Positions 50,187 through 62,396 are shown, numbered from the stretch's first letter. The stretch is DNA of 64,000 nt from an uncultured Paraglaciecola sp. (GCF_943787955.1 NZ_CALSOK010000012.1:2619-66618); one strand, 5' to 3'. A program made the numbers and translations. The notes: generated by a model not told the origin, from the sequence alone.

Positions 50187-51406
50187 TAGATATTCACCAT
50201 AGAGTTTAATGCCATAATAGGTTGTAGGATCGCCAGTACAATAAACAGGACTACTGTTGCCATAGTCACAATTAAAATAGGCTCGAATACTTTGAGTGAT
50301 ACACCTACCAAAGATTCAAATTGTCTGTCTTGATTATCTGCTGCACGTCCCAGCATTTGTTGTAATTCACCACTTCGTTCACCTGATGCGATCATATGCA
50401 TCATCATAGGTGGAAACATTTTGGTTTGTTCTAGCGATGCTCGCAAGCTCGAGCCTTCTTTTACAAAACCTGCAGCCGTGTTGACCGCAGCCCTTATCTG
50501 TAAGTTCTCAAGTACCTCACTAGCAATGCGCATACTTTCTAATAGTGGCACCGCACTTGAAGTCAAAATACTTAATGTACGAGCAAACCTTGCGGTATTT
50601 AAGCCTTTTGATAATTTGCCAATAAAGGGTAAACCCAGAATAAATTTGTGATAGCGCTTTTTCATGACGGGTTGCTGTAACACTCTATTGACGATCACTA
50701 TTAAAATCACCAACACTATGCCCAGTGCTAAGCCATAAGCTTGTAAAAATTCACTTACATCAATCAGTATTTGCGTAATGGAAGGCAAGTCTTGACCCAT
50801 ATTTTGAAACTGTCCAACAATTTTCGGAACCACTACCGTTAACAGCAATAAAACGATAGCAAAGGCAAAAAACATCATGATGCTTGGATACACCATAGCC
50901 TGCGTAATTTGGCTTTTTGTTTGTTGACGTTTTTCGGTGTAATCGGCCAAACGATTAAGTACGGTATCGAGATGTCCTGATTTTTCACCTGCGGCAACCA
51001 TCGCTCGAAATAAATCATCAAATACGTGGGGAAATTCTGCCATAGCATCAGCTAACGTATGGCCTTCAACGACTTTACTGCGCACAGCCATCATCATATT
51101 TTTTTGACGGGGTTTTTCACATTGCTCGGCAACGGCTAACAAGGCCTCTTCAATAGGTAAAGACGCCTCCACTAAGGTGGATAGTTGGCGGGTAAGTAGA
51201 GATAAATCAGCTGCAGATATAGTGTTTTTAAATAAGCTGAACCCTGCTTGTGACTTGCGTTCTTTTTCAGCCACTTGATCAACTTGCATGGGTATTAACC
51301 CTTTTTCACGCAATTGTTGACGTATTTGTCTTGGGTTATCCCCTTCTAAAACCCCATTTTTGGTTTTGCCACTTTTATCCATGGCTTGATATGCATAAGC
51401 AGCCAT
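50186..51406 (-). CDS. gspF: Type II secretion inner membrane protein F
   Basis: MVAAGEKSGHL, MIASGERSGEL, FEPILI. Confidence 0.96.
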   Translation of the reverse strand: MAAYAYQAMDKSGKTKNGVLEGDNPRQIRQQLREKGLIPMQVDQVAEKERKSQAGFSLFKNTISAADLSLLTRQLSTLVEASLPIEEALLAVAEQCEKPRQKNMMMAVRSKVVEGHTLADAMAEFPHVFDDLFRAMVAAGEKSGHLDTVLNRLADYTEKRQQTKSQITQAMVYPSIMMFFAFAIVLLLLTVVVPKIVGQFQNMGQDLPSITQILIDVSEFLQAYGLALGIVLVILIVIVNRVLQQPVMKKRYHKFILGLPFIGKLSKGLNTARFARTLSILTSSAVPLLESMRIASEVLENLQIRAAVNTAAGFVKEGSSLRASLEQTKMFPPMMMHMIASGERSGELQQMLGRAADNQDRQFESLVGVSLKVFEPILIVTMATVVLFIVLAILQPIMALNSMVNI

Positions 51407-52969
51407 TTAATCTTCCCTTGTGACTCGCAGCACTTCTTCAAGTGAGGTAAAACCTAACAATACTTTGCCACAACCATCATCACGAATACTGGGTGTGTTT
51501 TGGCGAATATATTTTTCAATCGCTTGTTCACCATGGCCATTATGGATCAGTTCTCGTATCCCTTCGTCTACTACTAACAACTCATGAATGCCTGTTCTGC
51601 CACGATAGCCTGTTTGATTACACGCTGCGCAGCCTTTAGGTGAATGAATGGCATGATTAGAGGCATCTGTAAGTTTTATGCCTAAAATATCACACTCTTG
51701 TTCGCTAGGACTATGTGGGGTTTTACAATCGGGGCATAGAGTACGCACCAAGCGTTGGGATAAAACGGCCAGCAAACTAGAGGATAATAAGAAGGGCTCA
51801 ATACCCATATCTTCTAAACGCGTGATCGCCCCAGCAGCGGTGTTGGTATGTAAAGTCGACATCACTAAGTGACCGGTCAAACTGGCCTGTACACTGATTT
51901 GTGCGGTTTCCAAGTCGCGAATTTCTCCGACCATTACAACATCGGGATCTTGACGCAATATGGCTCTTAATCCGCGAGCAAAAGTCATATCCACTTTTGC
52001 ATTTACTTGGGTTTGGCCAATGCCTTGTAAATCAAACTCTATGGGATCTTCAACCGTTAGGATATTACGGTCTTTAGAATTAATTTCACTTAACCCTGCA
52101 TACAAAGTGGTGGATTTACCTGACCCAGTAGGACCTGTGACCAAAATAATGCCGTGGGGTTTACGTACTAAGTTAGAAAAGAAATCACGGTTGGTTTGAG
52201 TCATACCTAAATCTTGCAGGTTTAGGCGCACGTTGTTTTTATCGAGTAAACGTAATACTACACGTTCGCCATGACTAGATGGCATAGTCGATACACGCAC
52301 ATCAACGGCTCTACCTGCAATACGCAAGGTGATACGACCATCCTGTGGAACACGTTTTTCGGCAATGTCCATTTTCGACATCACTTTGATACGGGATACC
52401 AACATCGAGGCCATTTTACGATTTGGACGTAAAATTTCTCGTAATACCCCATCTACTCTAAACCGCACTAAAAGCTGGGTTTCGAAGGTTTCAATATGAA
52501 TATCTGACGCACCTTCCTTGATCGCTTCACCTAGCATGGCGTTGATGAGTTTGATAATGGGGGCGTCATCTTCGCTTTCTAATAAATCTTCGGTGTTGGG
52601 TAAATCTTCAGCGAGACTAAACAAATCACTTTCATTGCCAATGTCTTCCATTAATTGTTTGGCCGCGGATGAATCACGTTGGAAAGCATTGGTTAAGAGA
52701 GACTCAAACTTATCAAGTTCAATTTCTTTAAGACGAAATTCAGCACCTAAAAAGCGTCTAACTTCGGCAAATACCTGAAATTCAGTATCTTGGGTATGAT
52801 ACAAAATTGCAGGCTTTTCACCTGTATCAAGCAATACTTGATGACGCTTGGCAAAACTAAACGCCAATTGTTTGTGCTCAGGCTCGTCAACAGGCATATC
52901 GAGATCAGTGCCTGACTCTAGCAATGCCTGCTCCTCGGCATCAGTAGCGCTTAAGTGGCCGGCCGGCAT
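51407..52969 (-). CDS. gspE: Type II secretion ATPase E
   Basis: [36 protein letters not shown]. Confidence 0.97.
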   Translation of the reverse strand: MPAGHLSATDAEEQALLESGTDLDMPVDEPEHKQLAFSFAKRHQVLLDTGEKPAILYHTQDTEFQVFAEVRRFLGAEFRLKEIELDKFESLLTNAFQRDSSAAKQLMEDIGNESDLFSLAEDLPNTEDLLESEDDAPIIKLINAMLGEAIKEGASDIHIETFETQLLVRFRVDGVLREILRPNRKMASMLVSRIKVMSKMDIAEKRVPQDGRITLRIAGRAVDVRVSTMPSSHGERVVLRLLDKNNVRLNLQDLGMTQTNRDFFSNLVRKPHGIILVTGPTGSGKSTTLYAGLSEINSKDRNILTVEDPIEFDLQGIGQTQVNAKVDMTFARGLRAILRQDPDVVMVGEIRDLETAQISVQASLTGHLVMSTLHTNTAAGAITRLEDMGIEPFLLSSSLLAVLSQRLVRTLCPDCKTPHSPSEQECDILGIKLTDASNHAIHSPKGCAACNQTGYRGRTGIHELLVVDEGIRELIHNGHGEQAIEKYIRQNTPSIRDDGCGKVLLGFTSLEEVLRVTRED

Positions 52970-52971
52970 AA

Positions 52972-55047
52972 CTAGTTGTTACCCTTTTCTTTGTCTTTGT
53001 TCATAATATAATCTTCAAATGACGGCGGTAAACTGAGTTTGTCATTCCACTCTGGTAAGGTCGGGCCTTCAGTATTTGGCATCAATGGAATACCTTGTGA
53101 TTGGCGTTTCAATTGCTCAGCACGAATATACTGGTATTTTTTATGACTAATTTCATTCATGGTGACGCCATCACGTATAATGGTTGGGCGAATAAATACC
53201 ATCAAATTACGTTTGCTTACACTAGTAGACGTCGATTTAAACAAGTTGCCAAGGATGGGGATATCTCCTAATAATGGGACTTTAGAGACACTTTCTTGTA
53301 CCGCATCATCGATTAATCCCCCCAGTACTATTGTACCGCCATCATCTACTATGACAGAGGTTTTAATCTCACGCTTATTAATAATAACGTCAACTGACGT
53401 TGCACCGCTGACGCTAGACACTTCTTGCTCAATTAACAGTTGTACCGCGTCACCTTCGTTAATTTGTGGGGTCACTTTTAACTTGATACCCACTTCTTGA
53501 CGGTCGACAGACTGAAATGGGTTGGCGTTATTTGAGCCTGTTGTCGAACCTGTAATAATAGGCACTTCTTGACCGACTATAAAAAATGCTTCTTCGTTAT
53601 CCATAGTGGTAAGGTGGGGAGTAGCCAGAAGGTTCGAATTAGTATCAGTACTCACTGCTTGAAGAACCGCGCCCCATCCATCTTTTACGCCTCCGAGTAA
53701 CAAGCCATTTACGCCGCCAAGTAAAGAGGCTAAACCGGATAAGTCTCCGAGTTGAGATTTTTCTGTAGGTACAACTACCGTATCACCGTTAGAGGTTGTG
53801 GTAATGGAATCTACAAGTATTTTGTCTTGTGCTTGATTAACGCCAACAGCGAGAGAACCTATGCCCACCACTCCATTATTAAATTGTGTGCCACCACCTT
53901 TTTCATTAGCCCATTGCACGCCTAACGTAGTGCCGTCACCTTCAAATACTTCGACAATAATAGCCTCCACTAGTACTTGCGCGCGGCGCACATCTAGTTG
54001 ACGTATTACGTCTTCCAGTGAACGCATCATATCTGGCTCAGCCGTTATCACTAGTGCGTTTGAGTCTTTATGAGAATCAATACTAACATCGCGATTAGTG
54101 CTTTGGCGGCCCTTAGTTGAGCTTTTCTCTTCAGCTTGGATACTGGCACTGACACCCTGTAACACTTTGACTAAATCTTCCGATTTAGCGTAATTCAAAA
54201 AGATGACACGGGTATTACCACTGGTTTCTAATTCAGAGTCCATTCGCTCAACTAAATTAATTAAACGTTTACGGGCTTTGACGTCACCACTGACAATAAT
54301 ACTATTAGTTCTATCATCGGCTACGACTCTTGGATCAGATTTACCGCCTGAGTTCGACTTGCCTTGAGATTTATTAACACTATCGATAATACGCACCAAA
54401 TCGGTGGCAGACGCATATTTTAATTTGATGATTTCGACTTCTTCGTCGCCTGCTTTGTCGACACGTTCAATTATTTCCACTAAGCGATTAACCACGGCAG
54501 CACGGCCAGTGAGCATCATCACGTTGGATGCATCGTGACTGACCACATTACCGCCGCCAGCTGTATCGTTCAGTTGGCGCAATAGTGGTGCAAGTTCTCG
54601 AACAGGTACGTTATATACAGGCATAACTCGGGTGATCATTTCATCACCATCAAAAGGACTGCCTTCCACTACCGGTATATTCGAGGATTTTGCATCTTTG
54701 GAGCGTATAACTTTGATCACACCACTGGACATTGTGACCGCTGAATAACCGTAAACTTGCAGCACGTTTAAGAAAAACTGGTAATATTGATTTTCATTAA
54801 GCAAGTCATAACTGCGCACGGTTATTTTCCCCCGCACATTAGGATCAACAATAATGGTTTTCTTGAGGTTTTTACCCACAATATTAATAAATTCACTGAT
54901 TTCAGTGTTTTTAAAATTTGGAGAATAGTCCGCTGCGGCCACTAGGCTCGAAACAGCAAATAACGCACTGCCAACAATTAGGAGTAATCCTTTAAATAGT
55001 CTAGGGCGACTGCTAACAAGCAAGCGATTGCGTAAGGTACACATCAT
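52972..55047 (-). CDS. gspD: Type II secretion secretin D
   Basis: [37 protein letters not shown]. Confidence 0.97.
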   Translation of the reverse strand: MMCTLRNRLLVSSRPRLFKGLLLIVGSALFAVSSLVAAADYSPNFKNTEISEFINIVGKNLKKTIIVDPNVRGKITVRSYDLLNENQYYQFFLNVLQVYGYSAVTMSSGVIKVIRSKDAKSSNIPVVEGSPFDGDEMITRVMPVYNVPVRELAPLLRQLNDTAGGGNVVSHDASNVMMLTGRAAVVNRLVEIIERVDKAGDEEVEIIKLKYASATDLVRIIDSVNKSQGKSNSGGKSDPRVVADDRTNSIIVSGDVKARKRLINLVERMDSELETSGNTRVIFLNYAKSEDLVKVLQGVSASIQAEEKSSTKGRQSTNRDVSIDSHKDSNALVITAEPDMMRSLEDVIRQLDVRRAQVLVEAIIVEVFEGDGTTLGVQWANEKGGGTQFNNGVVGIGSLAVGVNQAQDKILVDSITTTSNGDTVVVPTEKSQLGDLSGLASLLGGVNGLLLGGVKDGWGAVLQAVSTDTNSNLLATPHLTTMDNEEAFFIVGQEVPIITGSTTGSNNANPFQSVDRQEVGIKLKVTPQINEGDAVQLLIEQEVSSVSGATSVDVIINKREIKTSVIVDDGGTIVLGGLIDDAVQESVSKVPLLGDIPILGNLFKSTSTSVSKRNLMVFIRPTIIRDGVTMNEISHKKYQYIRAEQLKRQSQGIPLMPNTEGPTLPEWNDKLSLPPSFEDYIMNKDKEKGNN

Positions 55048-55991
55048 ATTTCTGGTTCCTCTTCCCCTTGGGGCAGATCAAGGTAAATAGTAATAAGTTC
55101 ATCTTCGCGTTGTACAGAAATTTGCAAAGATTGTAGTTCTTTGAGCATATTCATTGCTTCTAAGGCTTGTTGCATATCAGTTAAATCTAAGCCATTTATG
55201 TCAGTAATGACATCACCTGATTTTAACCCGGCAGCTTTAAATAAAGCAGGCTTTTTACCGGGGCTAACGCGGTATCCCAAAAGTTCACCATTAGGTCGAT
55301 GTGGCGATACAGCAATGTAGTCAATAAAGCTGGCTGGTTGGTCCTGTAATTCTTTACTAGCTTGAATGGCATCGTCAGACAATGTTCGGCGCCCTAGGTC
55401 TCGAGTATTGGGTTGCGAAATTGTCACTGGCGCTTGAATAGGTTGATTAATCGATTGGTTGGAAATTTTATTATAATCCACACCATCTAACATCAGAGTT
55501 TCACTGCTAGAGCCATTTTTTATAATGACTCTGTCGGCATACACTTCCTTTAATGAAGCATTAGTGCCTTCAATTTTTTCACCAATACCATAGGTTTGTT
55601 GTTGGTTACGATTTTTTATTATTGCAGCGCCTTGATCTTTAACAGAGCTGGAAACTACACCGGTTAAAGTTAAATTAAGTCGAGTCACTGGTGCATCTGT
55701 CACTTCCTTTTCTTCGATTGGTTCGGCATTATAATCACCAAACAGGTTAAGCCGCTTGATATCAGCCAAGTTTAATCTGTTATTAGAATTTTTTAGGATA
55801 ACGGGTTGACCACTCGATATGGTTTTTAACCTGCCATTATCAGCAGGTTGAGGCCACACACGCCAAGTTAATTCTGCTGCATAAGAAAGTAGAAAAATTG
55901 CCAATAGTGCAACGGCCAAAAAATTAATTTTTTGTTGGTTTTTGACTAGTTGGAGCCATAATTGATTAGCGGTATAATTAACGACAGTCAT
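55044..55991 (-). CDS. gspC: Type II secretion protein C (with PDZ domain)
   Basis: APVTRLNLTLTGV, GYRVSPGK..GLKSGDVI. Confidence 0.94.
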   Translation of the reverse strand: MTVVNYTANQLWLQLVKNQQKINFLAVALLAIFLLSYAAELTWRVWPQPADNGRLKTISSGQPVILKNSNNRLNLADIKRLNLFGDYNAEPIEEKEVTDAPVTRLNLTLTGVVSSSVKDQGAAIIKNRNQQQTYGIGEKIEGTNASLKEVYADRVIIKNGSSSETLMLDGVDYNKISNQSINQPIQAPVTISQPNTRDLGRRTLSDDAIQASKELQDQPASFIDYIAVSPHRPNGELLGYRVSPGKKPALFKAAGLKSGDVITDINGLDLTDMQQALEAMNMLKELQSLQISVQREDELITIYLDLPQGEEEPEI

Positions 55992-56106
55992 TGCCTCTTG
56001 GTGGGATAAATAATATTAACGTGTTGATGATAACCACTAGGAACAAAAGGAACAACTTTAATCCACCTTCGTTACAAAAAAACTACAAAGCAAAACTAAA
56101 AGGGCC

Positions 56107-56511
56107 TTGCCGGTGCAAAATAATCTTAAAGAAGGTCAAAGTGTGCGTTTAGACAAGTGGCTTTGGGCTGCGCGTTTTTATAAAACTCGCTCTATAGCCA
56201 GAGATGCGGTGCAATCTGGTAAGGTGCAGTACAACGGACAACGCAGTAAACCTGGAAAAATAGTAGAATTGGGGGCTAGTATAAAGATACCCCAAGGATC
56301 CGACCTAAAAGATGTTGTGGTACTGCAGATGAAAGAACAGCGCCTAGGCGCACCACTTGCGCAATTAATGTATAAAGAAACCCCAACCAGCGAAACGTTA
56401 CGCGCAAGTAATGCAGAAGCAAGAAGATTGAGCGCCTTTCACAGCCCAAAACCTGACAACCGGCCAGACAAAAAACAACGCCGCCAAATTATTCAATTTA
56501 AACAACAGTAA
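56107..56511 (+). CDS. hslR: Ribosome-associated heat shock protein Hsp15
   Basis: VRLDKWLWAARFYKTRS, RPDKKQRRQ. Confidence 0.95.
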   Translation: MPVQNNLKEGQSVRLDKWLWAARFYKTRSIARDAVQSGKVQYNGQRSKPGKIVELGASIKIPQGSDLKDVVVLQMKEQRLGAPLAQLMYKETPTSETLRASNAEARRLSAFHSPKPDNRPDKKQRRQIIQFKQQ

Positions 56512-56536
56512 TACTTAAGGTAATAAGGTAAACAAC

Positions 56537-57427
56537 ATGGCTTTTGACCAACTTCATCGATATTTATTCAATCAAGGCAATGTAAGAGGAGAAATGGTGC
56601 GTTTAGAAAAAAGTTTTCAGGCCATTTTAGACTCTTACCCCTATCCACCTGTTATCCAACAACTTCTGGGTGAACTGATGGCTGCTGCTAGTTTGTTGAC
56701 CGCCACATTGAAGTTTGAAGGTGATATTGCCATCCAAATCCAAGGCGAAGGGCCACTCAGTTATGCCGTTATTAATGGCACTCACAATCAGCAGTTAAGA
56801 GGTGTCGCTAGGTGGGATGAAGCGTTGCAAACTTTGCCAACTGAATTTGGTCAGTTGGTACAAAAAGGTGTGTTGGTGATCACAATTACTCCTGAACAAG
56901 GTGAGCGTTATCAAGGCATGGTGGCGCTGGATAAACCTACTTTAGCAGAATGTATTGAAGGTTATTTTGAGCAATCAGAGCAATTGGCAACTAAAGTCAT
57001 ATTGCGCACTCAGCTTAGTGAACAACCCGCAAAAGCTTGTGGCATGTTTTTACAAGTTTTGCCCCTTAGCAGTGAATCTACCCAGAAAGCGGATACAGAC
57101 TTTGAACACCTTAGTGCTATTACCGATACTATAAAAGACCAAGAGCTGTTTAACTTGCCGGCTGAAGATATTTTGCACCGTTTATACCATGGTGAAGATA
57201 TTGAACTATACCCCGCCACTAAAGTGGTGTTTAAGTGCAGTTGCAGCAAAGAGCGAAGTGCCGCAGCTTTGGCTGCAGTAGGTAAAGAAGAGTTACTTGA
57301 TATAGTAGCCAAAGACGGTGATATAAAAATGAACTGCCAATACTGCCACACAGAATATAGCTTCGATGCTATTGATGTGGAAAGTATTCATGCAGGCACT
57401 TTTAATCTTCCCGTTGGACAGGGCTAG
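56537..57427 (+). CDS. hslO: Hsp33 redox-regulated chaperone
   Basis: RYQGMV, CSCSKER, CQYC zinc motif. Confidence 0.95.
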   Translation: MAFDQLHRYLFNQGNVRGEMVRLEKSFQAILDSYPYPPVIQQLLGELMAAASLLTATLKFEGDIAIQIQGEGPLSYAVINGTHNQQLRGVARWDEALQTLPTEFGQLVQKGVLVITITPEQGERYQGMVALDKPTLAECIEGYFEQSEQLATKVILRTQLSEQPAKACGMFLQVLPLSSESTQKADTDFEHLSAITDTIKDQELFNLPAEDILHRLYHGEDIELYPATKVVFKCSCSKERSAAALAAVGKEELLDIVAKDGDIKMNCQYCHTEYSFDAIDVESIHAGTFNLPVGQG

Positions 57428-57497
57428 TTGCATATTAACATTTGATGATAACGTTTAGTTTGGGCTTGGATTGGCTCTGAGATGTAAAGAAAAGCGA

Positions 57498-57527
57498 CTG
57501 ATACTTTAAAGGATAGTAAAGTATCAG
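57498..57527. terminator. Hairpin between convergent hslO and the MBL gene (possible bidirectional terminator)
   Basis: CTGATACTTTA-N8-TAAAGTATCAG is a perfect 11-bp stem, but lacks a clear U tract. Confidence 0.45.
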
Positions 57528-57574
57528 AGTGAAATCCGATGCCTAGTTTCTTGGCTAAACCTCATTTTATTTGA

Positions 57575-58543
57575 TTAATCTAGACAAACACGTTCACCGC
57601 GCTTCGCGATTTTGAAACCTTTTTGTTGAACCGAACTGTATTGTTCGCTTGAAGAATATCTAATTTTATTACTATGATTGATATGAAAAAATCGAACCTT
57701 TTTTTGTTCAGTCAAAGGCAAGTTTTTGAATCGAGTCATTGAATCTGCTACGCGAGGATGAGGGATCTTTGACATATCTCGCCCTGGCAATTCATTGTTA
57801 TCGAAGAACGTAGCATCAAGGTATGCCACGTCAACTTGAGATATCATATCCTCAATACGGGTATTAAATTCGGTTTCCCAGCGATTCCAATCGTCAATGT
57901 CGGGCAAAAACAGTACACTTTTTGACGGGCCTTTAACAACATAGCCAGCTGTTTCAGAATATTCGTCGCGATGAGGCACCAAGTAAGCAGTTACCGATAA
58001 ATCATCATTAAACACGACAGGTTTTTTGGGCATCATTGAGATCAGGTCAATGTTTTTATAGTTTACTAGTTGATCCCACGGGCCATTGTTTTCCAAATAA
58101 TTTTGCATACGTGGTAATGGAAAAACGTTAAGTCCTTGGGTACCAATAGATTCATGTCCTGCGAACATCAAACCAGCATAATGACCAATATGTGCGTGTG
58201 TTAAAAATACAGCAGATAATCCGAGCGGCGCATTGCCGCCGTCACTCATACTATCAAGCAGATTCATTTGTTCTCGTAAGTCAGGAGTGGCCTCAAAAAG
58301 ATAACGGTTAGAATAACGATGATCGACTAATGCCCCTGATGCCGCCCATAATTTTAGAGAAGGGTTTACCCAAGCTGGATCATCTGGGTTCCCAATTTGG
58401 GGAGCTCCTCCGTCCTGCCCTATGCCTAGAATAACAAATTCGACGTCACAGGATAAAGAAGCCTGTTGATCCACAGAGGAAAGATCTGCGCAGCCTGCTG
58501 TCATTAAAGTCGAGGTGAATAAAAGAAGTCTGTAAAATTTCAT
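57575..58543 (-). CDS. Metallo-beta-lactamase-fold lipoprotein, PqqB-like
   Basis: Start MKFYRLLLFTSTLMTAGC (lipobox), LGIGQDGGAPQIG, FLTHAHIGHY, VPHRDEYSE, DATFF, IPHP, HINHSN. Confidence 0.75.
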   Translation of the reverse strand: MKFYRLLLFTSTLMTAGCADLSSVDQQASLSCDVEFVILGIGQDGGAPQIGNPDDPAWVNPSLKLWAASGALVDHRYSNRYLFEATPDLREQMNLLDSMSDGGNAPLGLSAVFLTHAHIGHYAGLMFAGHESIGTQGLNVFPLPRMQNYLENNGPWDQLVNYKNIDLISMMPKKPVVFNDDLSVTAYLVPHRDEYSETAGYVVKGPSKSVLFLPDIDDWNRWETEFNTRIEDMISQVDVAYLDATFFDNNELPGRDMSKIPHPRVADSMTRFKNLPLTEQKKVRFFHINHSNKIRYSSSEQYSSVQQKGFKIAKRGERVCLD

Positions 58544-58926
58544 GAAATATCCTCTGATGTCTATGAGTAAACATTGCAATATCTTTTCTCTTTCGCCATT
58601 CCACATAAGCTTGCTATCCACTTCGCAGCTATATATTTCTTGACGATTATTGCGCCATTGAATCATGTGTTCGGGTATGACATAGCTAAAAACTCGTTGC
58701 TGTCTTTATTACACTTTTTTATTTCGAATGCTGTTTGATTTTTTACTTAATGGATAAATTATGTTCAATATTAAATTGAAAACATAACACATATTAACTA
58801 TTACAATGGGTATCTGTGAAATTTTTCAACAACTCGGCAAGTCTATATGGCCTTATTAACTCTGTTCTGTGAAGAAAACACACAAACAGGTTAAGATATT
58901 TAAATACTGTCACACTATTGAGCAAC

Positions 58927-59565
58927 ATGAAGAAAATTGATATTAATACTTGGTATAGAAAGGAACACTTCGAATTTTATTCTAGGTTCGAACAGCCTTT
59001 CTTCAATGTGTGTGCAACAGTTGATGTCTCTAAAACACTTAATTATTGTAAAGAAAATCAGCTTTCTTTTTTCATCTGTGCTTTGTTTCTTCTTGGTTAC
59101 ACGGCCAATCAAATAGAACCATTTAGGTTTCGCATAAACAAAAATGAAGTCGATGTGTATGATGAATTAGAAATAAGCTGCACTGTGTTAAACAGTGACG
59201 AAAGCTTCAGTTTTTGTGAGTTTGGGGCCTGTAGTCACTTTGATTTATTTTATCAACAGGCTGATCAACAGCTCACTAAACTAAAAAATGGTCATATATC
59301 CTTAGAGTCATCCAATACAAAATCCAATAATATATTCTGTTCTGTTTTGCCTTGGTTACATTTCACAAGTTTTTCTCATGCCCTGAAACAAAGTAAACAT
59401 GACTCGGTGCCCAGAATAGTGATGGGTAAATACAAAAAAAGTTATAACGAAATAGCGATGCCTGTATCGGTTGAAGTCCATCATGCACTGATTGATGGCT
59501 TACATGTAGGCCAATATTTCGAAAAGCTGCAACTGAATTTCAATCATTTCTTTGAACTCGAATAA
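58927..59565 (+). CDS. CatA-like O-acetyltransferase (chloramphenicol acetyltransferase family)
   Basis: IDINTWYRKEHF, SVLPWLHFTS, VHHALIDGLH (catalytic HHxxxDG). Confidence 0.85.
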   Translation: MKKIDINTWYRKEHFEFYSRFEQPFFNVCATVDVSKTLNYCKENQLSFFICALFLLGYTANQIEPFRFRINKNEVDVYDELEISCTVLNSDESFSFCEFGACSHFDLFYQQADQQLTKLKNGHISLESSNTKSNNIFCSVLPWLHFTSFSHALKQSKHDSVPRIVMGKYKKSYNEIAMPVSVEVHHALIDGLHVGQYFEKLQLNFNHFFELE

Positions 59566-59663
59566 AATGCTTATTCAAAGTGTTTTGAGGTGTATTAGAA
59601 CCAAAAGTTTTTCGTTATTATTTCTGCTCAGTAAACATGACAACCGATAAATCTCGATTAGCA

Positions 59664-59980
59664 GATGTTCAGTAAAACTATTTTCTTTTTCTGTTGTATG
59701 GCCTTAAATAAACCTTCTAATTACACATACTCGCCATCAGCTACAGTAAAATCAGGTTCAACAAGTTCATTATTTTCAGGGTTAAGTACATATTGGTCAA
59801 TTGAAGGTAGGCGGTTAACACCATTTTTTCAGTTTCAGTTTCAGTTTCAAAGTCACTGGCTCGGCAGTCAGATGAATGCGGTGATATTGTCAATATCTGC
59901 TGTGGTGAATTTTTCACCAAAAGCGATCAAGCTTATATCTTGGCGGCCATGCTCAACAGCATAGCCAATAAACTGATGTC
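59664..59980 (-). pseudogene. Degraded internal fragment resembling a cytochrome c/rhodanese-domain protein
   Basis: One minus frame reads YAVEHGRQDISLIAFGEKFTTADIDNITAFI*...LPSIDQYVLNP..PDFTVADGEYV*..AIQQKKKIVLLN, with several stops and a (TTTCAG)x3 microsatellite at 59827-59844. The family was recognised from memory only. Confidence 0.4.
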
Positions 59981-59991
59981 CTTAAGTCTGG

Positions 59992-61293
59992 CTAATTCAT
60001 CACCTGGTAACCAATAAACACGGTAGCAATTAATCCCCCTTGGGCATGATTTTGCAATGTTACTTTTCCAGAGTGCATTTCAACTATGCGCTTGATGATA
60101 GCTAAACCTAGCCCCGAACCTAAGCTTCCACGTGCTTTGTCGCCTTGAGTGAAAGGTTCAAATAGGCTTTGGATTTGCTCTTCTGGGATACCTGGGCCAA
60201 AGTCGCGTATGGCAAAGCATAGCTGCTTTTCTTTTTTATTATGCCGAGAAGTAATTTTGATATTGTTACTGCCATAACGAAAGGCGTTTTCGATTAAGTT
60301 ATCTAACACTCTTTTTAATGCCACTCGCCTAATTAATGTTGTGGGTAGTGGCTCAAGATCTAACGTAATTCTATGGTTTTCTTCTATATTCCTGACTTGT
60401 GTGGCGTCCTTTATCAGGTCATTTAAATTACTTGCTTGCATACACTCTTGTTGGTCTTGGCGTACATAATCGATAAATTGATCAATGATTTCGTTCATAT
60501 CTTCAATATCGTGGACGATGCCTTCTTTCACCCAGTCTTGTGATTCAGGTAACATTTCTGATGCTAATCTGATACGAGTAAGAGGTGTGCGTAGATCGTG
60601 AGATATGCCAGCGGTCAATAATGCTCTGTCATCTTCGAGTTGTTTAATGCCTTTGGACATTTGATTAAAGGCATGGGTGACGGCTATTAATTCACTTGAG
60701 CCTTCTTCTTTTAGTGGTTTAGGCACTTGTCCTCGCCCTACTAACAAGGCTGCATCTTGAAGGGCTTTTAAAGGACGGTTTAATCGCCGTACAAAAATTA
60801 AACTACCACCCACACTTAAGATGCCAATCATCAATAAGTAAACTAAATGAGGTGAACCGTCTCCTTGTCCCAACCCCACCATGGGAATAGTGATCCAAAT
60901 GTCGGGATTTTGTGGTGGATTGATCCAATATAAATAAGGTTCACCATGGGTGATCCTAACTTGCGCTTCGCCACCTAAACTATCTGATATTTGCCTTGAC
61001 CAAAATTGATAGGGGGTGGCTTGCTCTAAACCATTTTTAATGGCTTGTGACTGGGTGTATACCTGCATACCAGCCGCTTTTAAAAAACGCGGGTCGAGTT
61101 CTGGGTTTTGGCTGCTGATGTCTTCAACAAAGGCTAGTTTGATTTGTGTCGCAAGCAAATTATTGATTTGTTGCACATTAGGGCTAACAAAATAAAAGGT
61201 CACAGAGACCAGAGATACTATTTGGTTGATAAACAGTAAGATGCTAATCAACAAAACGGTTTGGCCAAAGGCACTTTTGGGTAGGAACTTCAC
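59992..61293 (-). CDS. envZ: Osmolarity sensor histidine kinase
   Basis: [12 protein letters not shown] domain, [30 protein letters not shown]; downstream of ompR. Confidence 0.92.
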   Translation of the reverse strand: MKFLPKSAFGQTVLLISILLFINQIVSLVSVTFYFVSPNVQQINNLLATQIKLAFVEDISSQNPELDPRFLKAAGMQVYTQSQAIKNGLEQATPYQFWSRQISDSLGGEAQVRITHGEPYLYWINPPQNPDIWITIPMVGLGQGDGSPHLVYLLMIGILSVGGSLIFVRRLNRPLKALQDAALLVGRGQVPKPLKEEGSSELIAVTHAFNQMSKGIKQLEDDRALLTAGISHDLRTPLTRIRLASEMLPESQDWVKEGIVHDIEDMNEIIDQFIDYVRQDQQECMQASNLNDLIKDATQVRNIEENHRITLDLEPLPTTLIRRVALKRVLDNLIENAFRYGSNNIKITSRHNKKEKQLCFAIRDFGPGIPEEQIQSLFEPFTQGDKARGSLGSGLGLAIIKRIVEMHSGKVTLQNHAQGGLIATVFIGYQVMN

Positions 61294-61325
61294 TTAGTAT
61301 TAAGCACGGACGTTAAGCACGGATG

Positions 61326-62051
61326 TTAAGCCGCGCTGTCACCATCTGGAACAAACACATAACCAAGGCCCCAAACAGTTTGAATGTAACGTGGATTTGC
61401 AGGATCTTCTTCAAGCATGCGACGCAAGCGGGAAACCTGTACATCAATACTGCGCTCCAGCGCACTATAGTCTCGACCTCGTGCTAGGTTCATCAGTTTG
61501 TCACGGGACAGGGGCTCTCTAGGATGAGTAACTAAAGATTTGAGCACTGCAAATTCACCACTGGTGAGGGTCATTGCTTGGTCTTCGGCAGTCATTTCTC
61601 TAGTGCCAAGATTAAGTGAGTACTTACCAAATTCAATAATCTGTTCTTCAAGAGAAGGTGCGCCTGGTGCTTCGGTGGTTTTACGGCGCAGAACTGCTTT
61701 GATTCTGGCAAGTAATTCTCTGGGGTTAAAGGGTTTGGGTAGATAATCGTCTGCGCCCATTTCTAGGCCAATAATACGATCCACTTCATCACCTTTAGCC
61801 GTCAGCATTATTATGGGGATCCCGTTTTCTTTTTGACGTAAGCGACGACAAATAGATAAGCCATCCTCACCGGGTAACATCAAATCAAGCACCATAAGAT
61901 GAAAATTTTCGCGCTCTAACAATCTATCCATTTGTTCAGAATTAGCAGCGGTTCTGACTTGAAAACCTTGTTCAATTAAGTAGCGTTCCAATAAACTGCG
62001 TAAGCGCATATCGTCATCGACTACTAAAATCTTTGTTGTTTCCTGTCCCAT
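61326..62051 (-). CDS. ompR: Response regulator OmpR
   Basis: VDDDMRLRSLLERYL, LDLMLPGEDG, ERSIDVQVSRLRR, QTVWGLGYVFVPDG. Confidence 0.96.
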   Translation of the reverse strand: MGQETTKILVVDDDMRLRSLLERYLIEQGFQVRTAANSEQMDRLLERENFHLMVLDLMLPGEDGLSICRRLRQKENGIPIIMLTAKGDEVDRIIGLEMGADDYLPKPFNPRELLARIKAVLRRKTTEAPGAPSLEEQIIEFGKYSLNLGTREMTAEDQAMTLTSGEFAVLKSLVTHPREPLSRDKLMNLARGRDYSALERSIDVQVSRLRRMLEEDPANPRYIQTVWGLGYVFVPDGDSAA

Positions 62052-62195
62052 AACCTAATCCCAATCCCTATATGTTGCTTAATTGAATACATTACATGTG
62101 AAAGCCCGTTAATTCAAAAGGTTGCCATGGCTGTCAAAGCATTTGGATTGTTACAAAGTTTGTCACAGGCGATAACATTGATAGTGAAAATGAAC

Positions 62196-62396
62196 TTAAA
62201 AGAATTTTTTACCTGTTAAAGCGACATACATAGCGAAAACACCTACCAATGAATAAATCACTTCAAAAAAACTGATCTCGCCCGCTGTTTGGTTGATGAG
62301 CATTGAAATAATCATAGCGGCCAAAAGTAATGATGGAACAGCAATAATACCAATCAAAACCCGAATTTTAAAAGAAAGCTTTGGTTCATGATTCAT
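62196..62396 (-). CDS. Small two-TM hypothetical membrane protein
   Basis: 66-aa ORF with two hydrophobic segments, co-oriented between prk and ompR. Confidence 0.6.
   Translation of the reverse strand: MNHEPKLSFKIRVLIGIIAVPSLLLAAMIISMLINQTAGEISFFEVIYSLVGVFAMYVALTGKKFF

Noticed and set aside
44560-55991. T2SS cluster as an acquired island
   Set aside because: It has the complete canonical gspC-N order, host-like composition and no mobility marks. It reads as core.
61300-61331. 13-bp duplication (TTAAGCACGGAYG) between ompR and envZ
   Set aside because: A short local slippage at the stop codon that disrupts neither gene.
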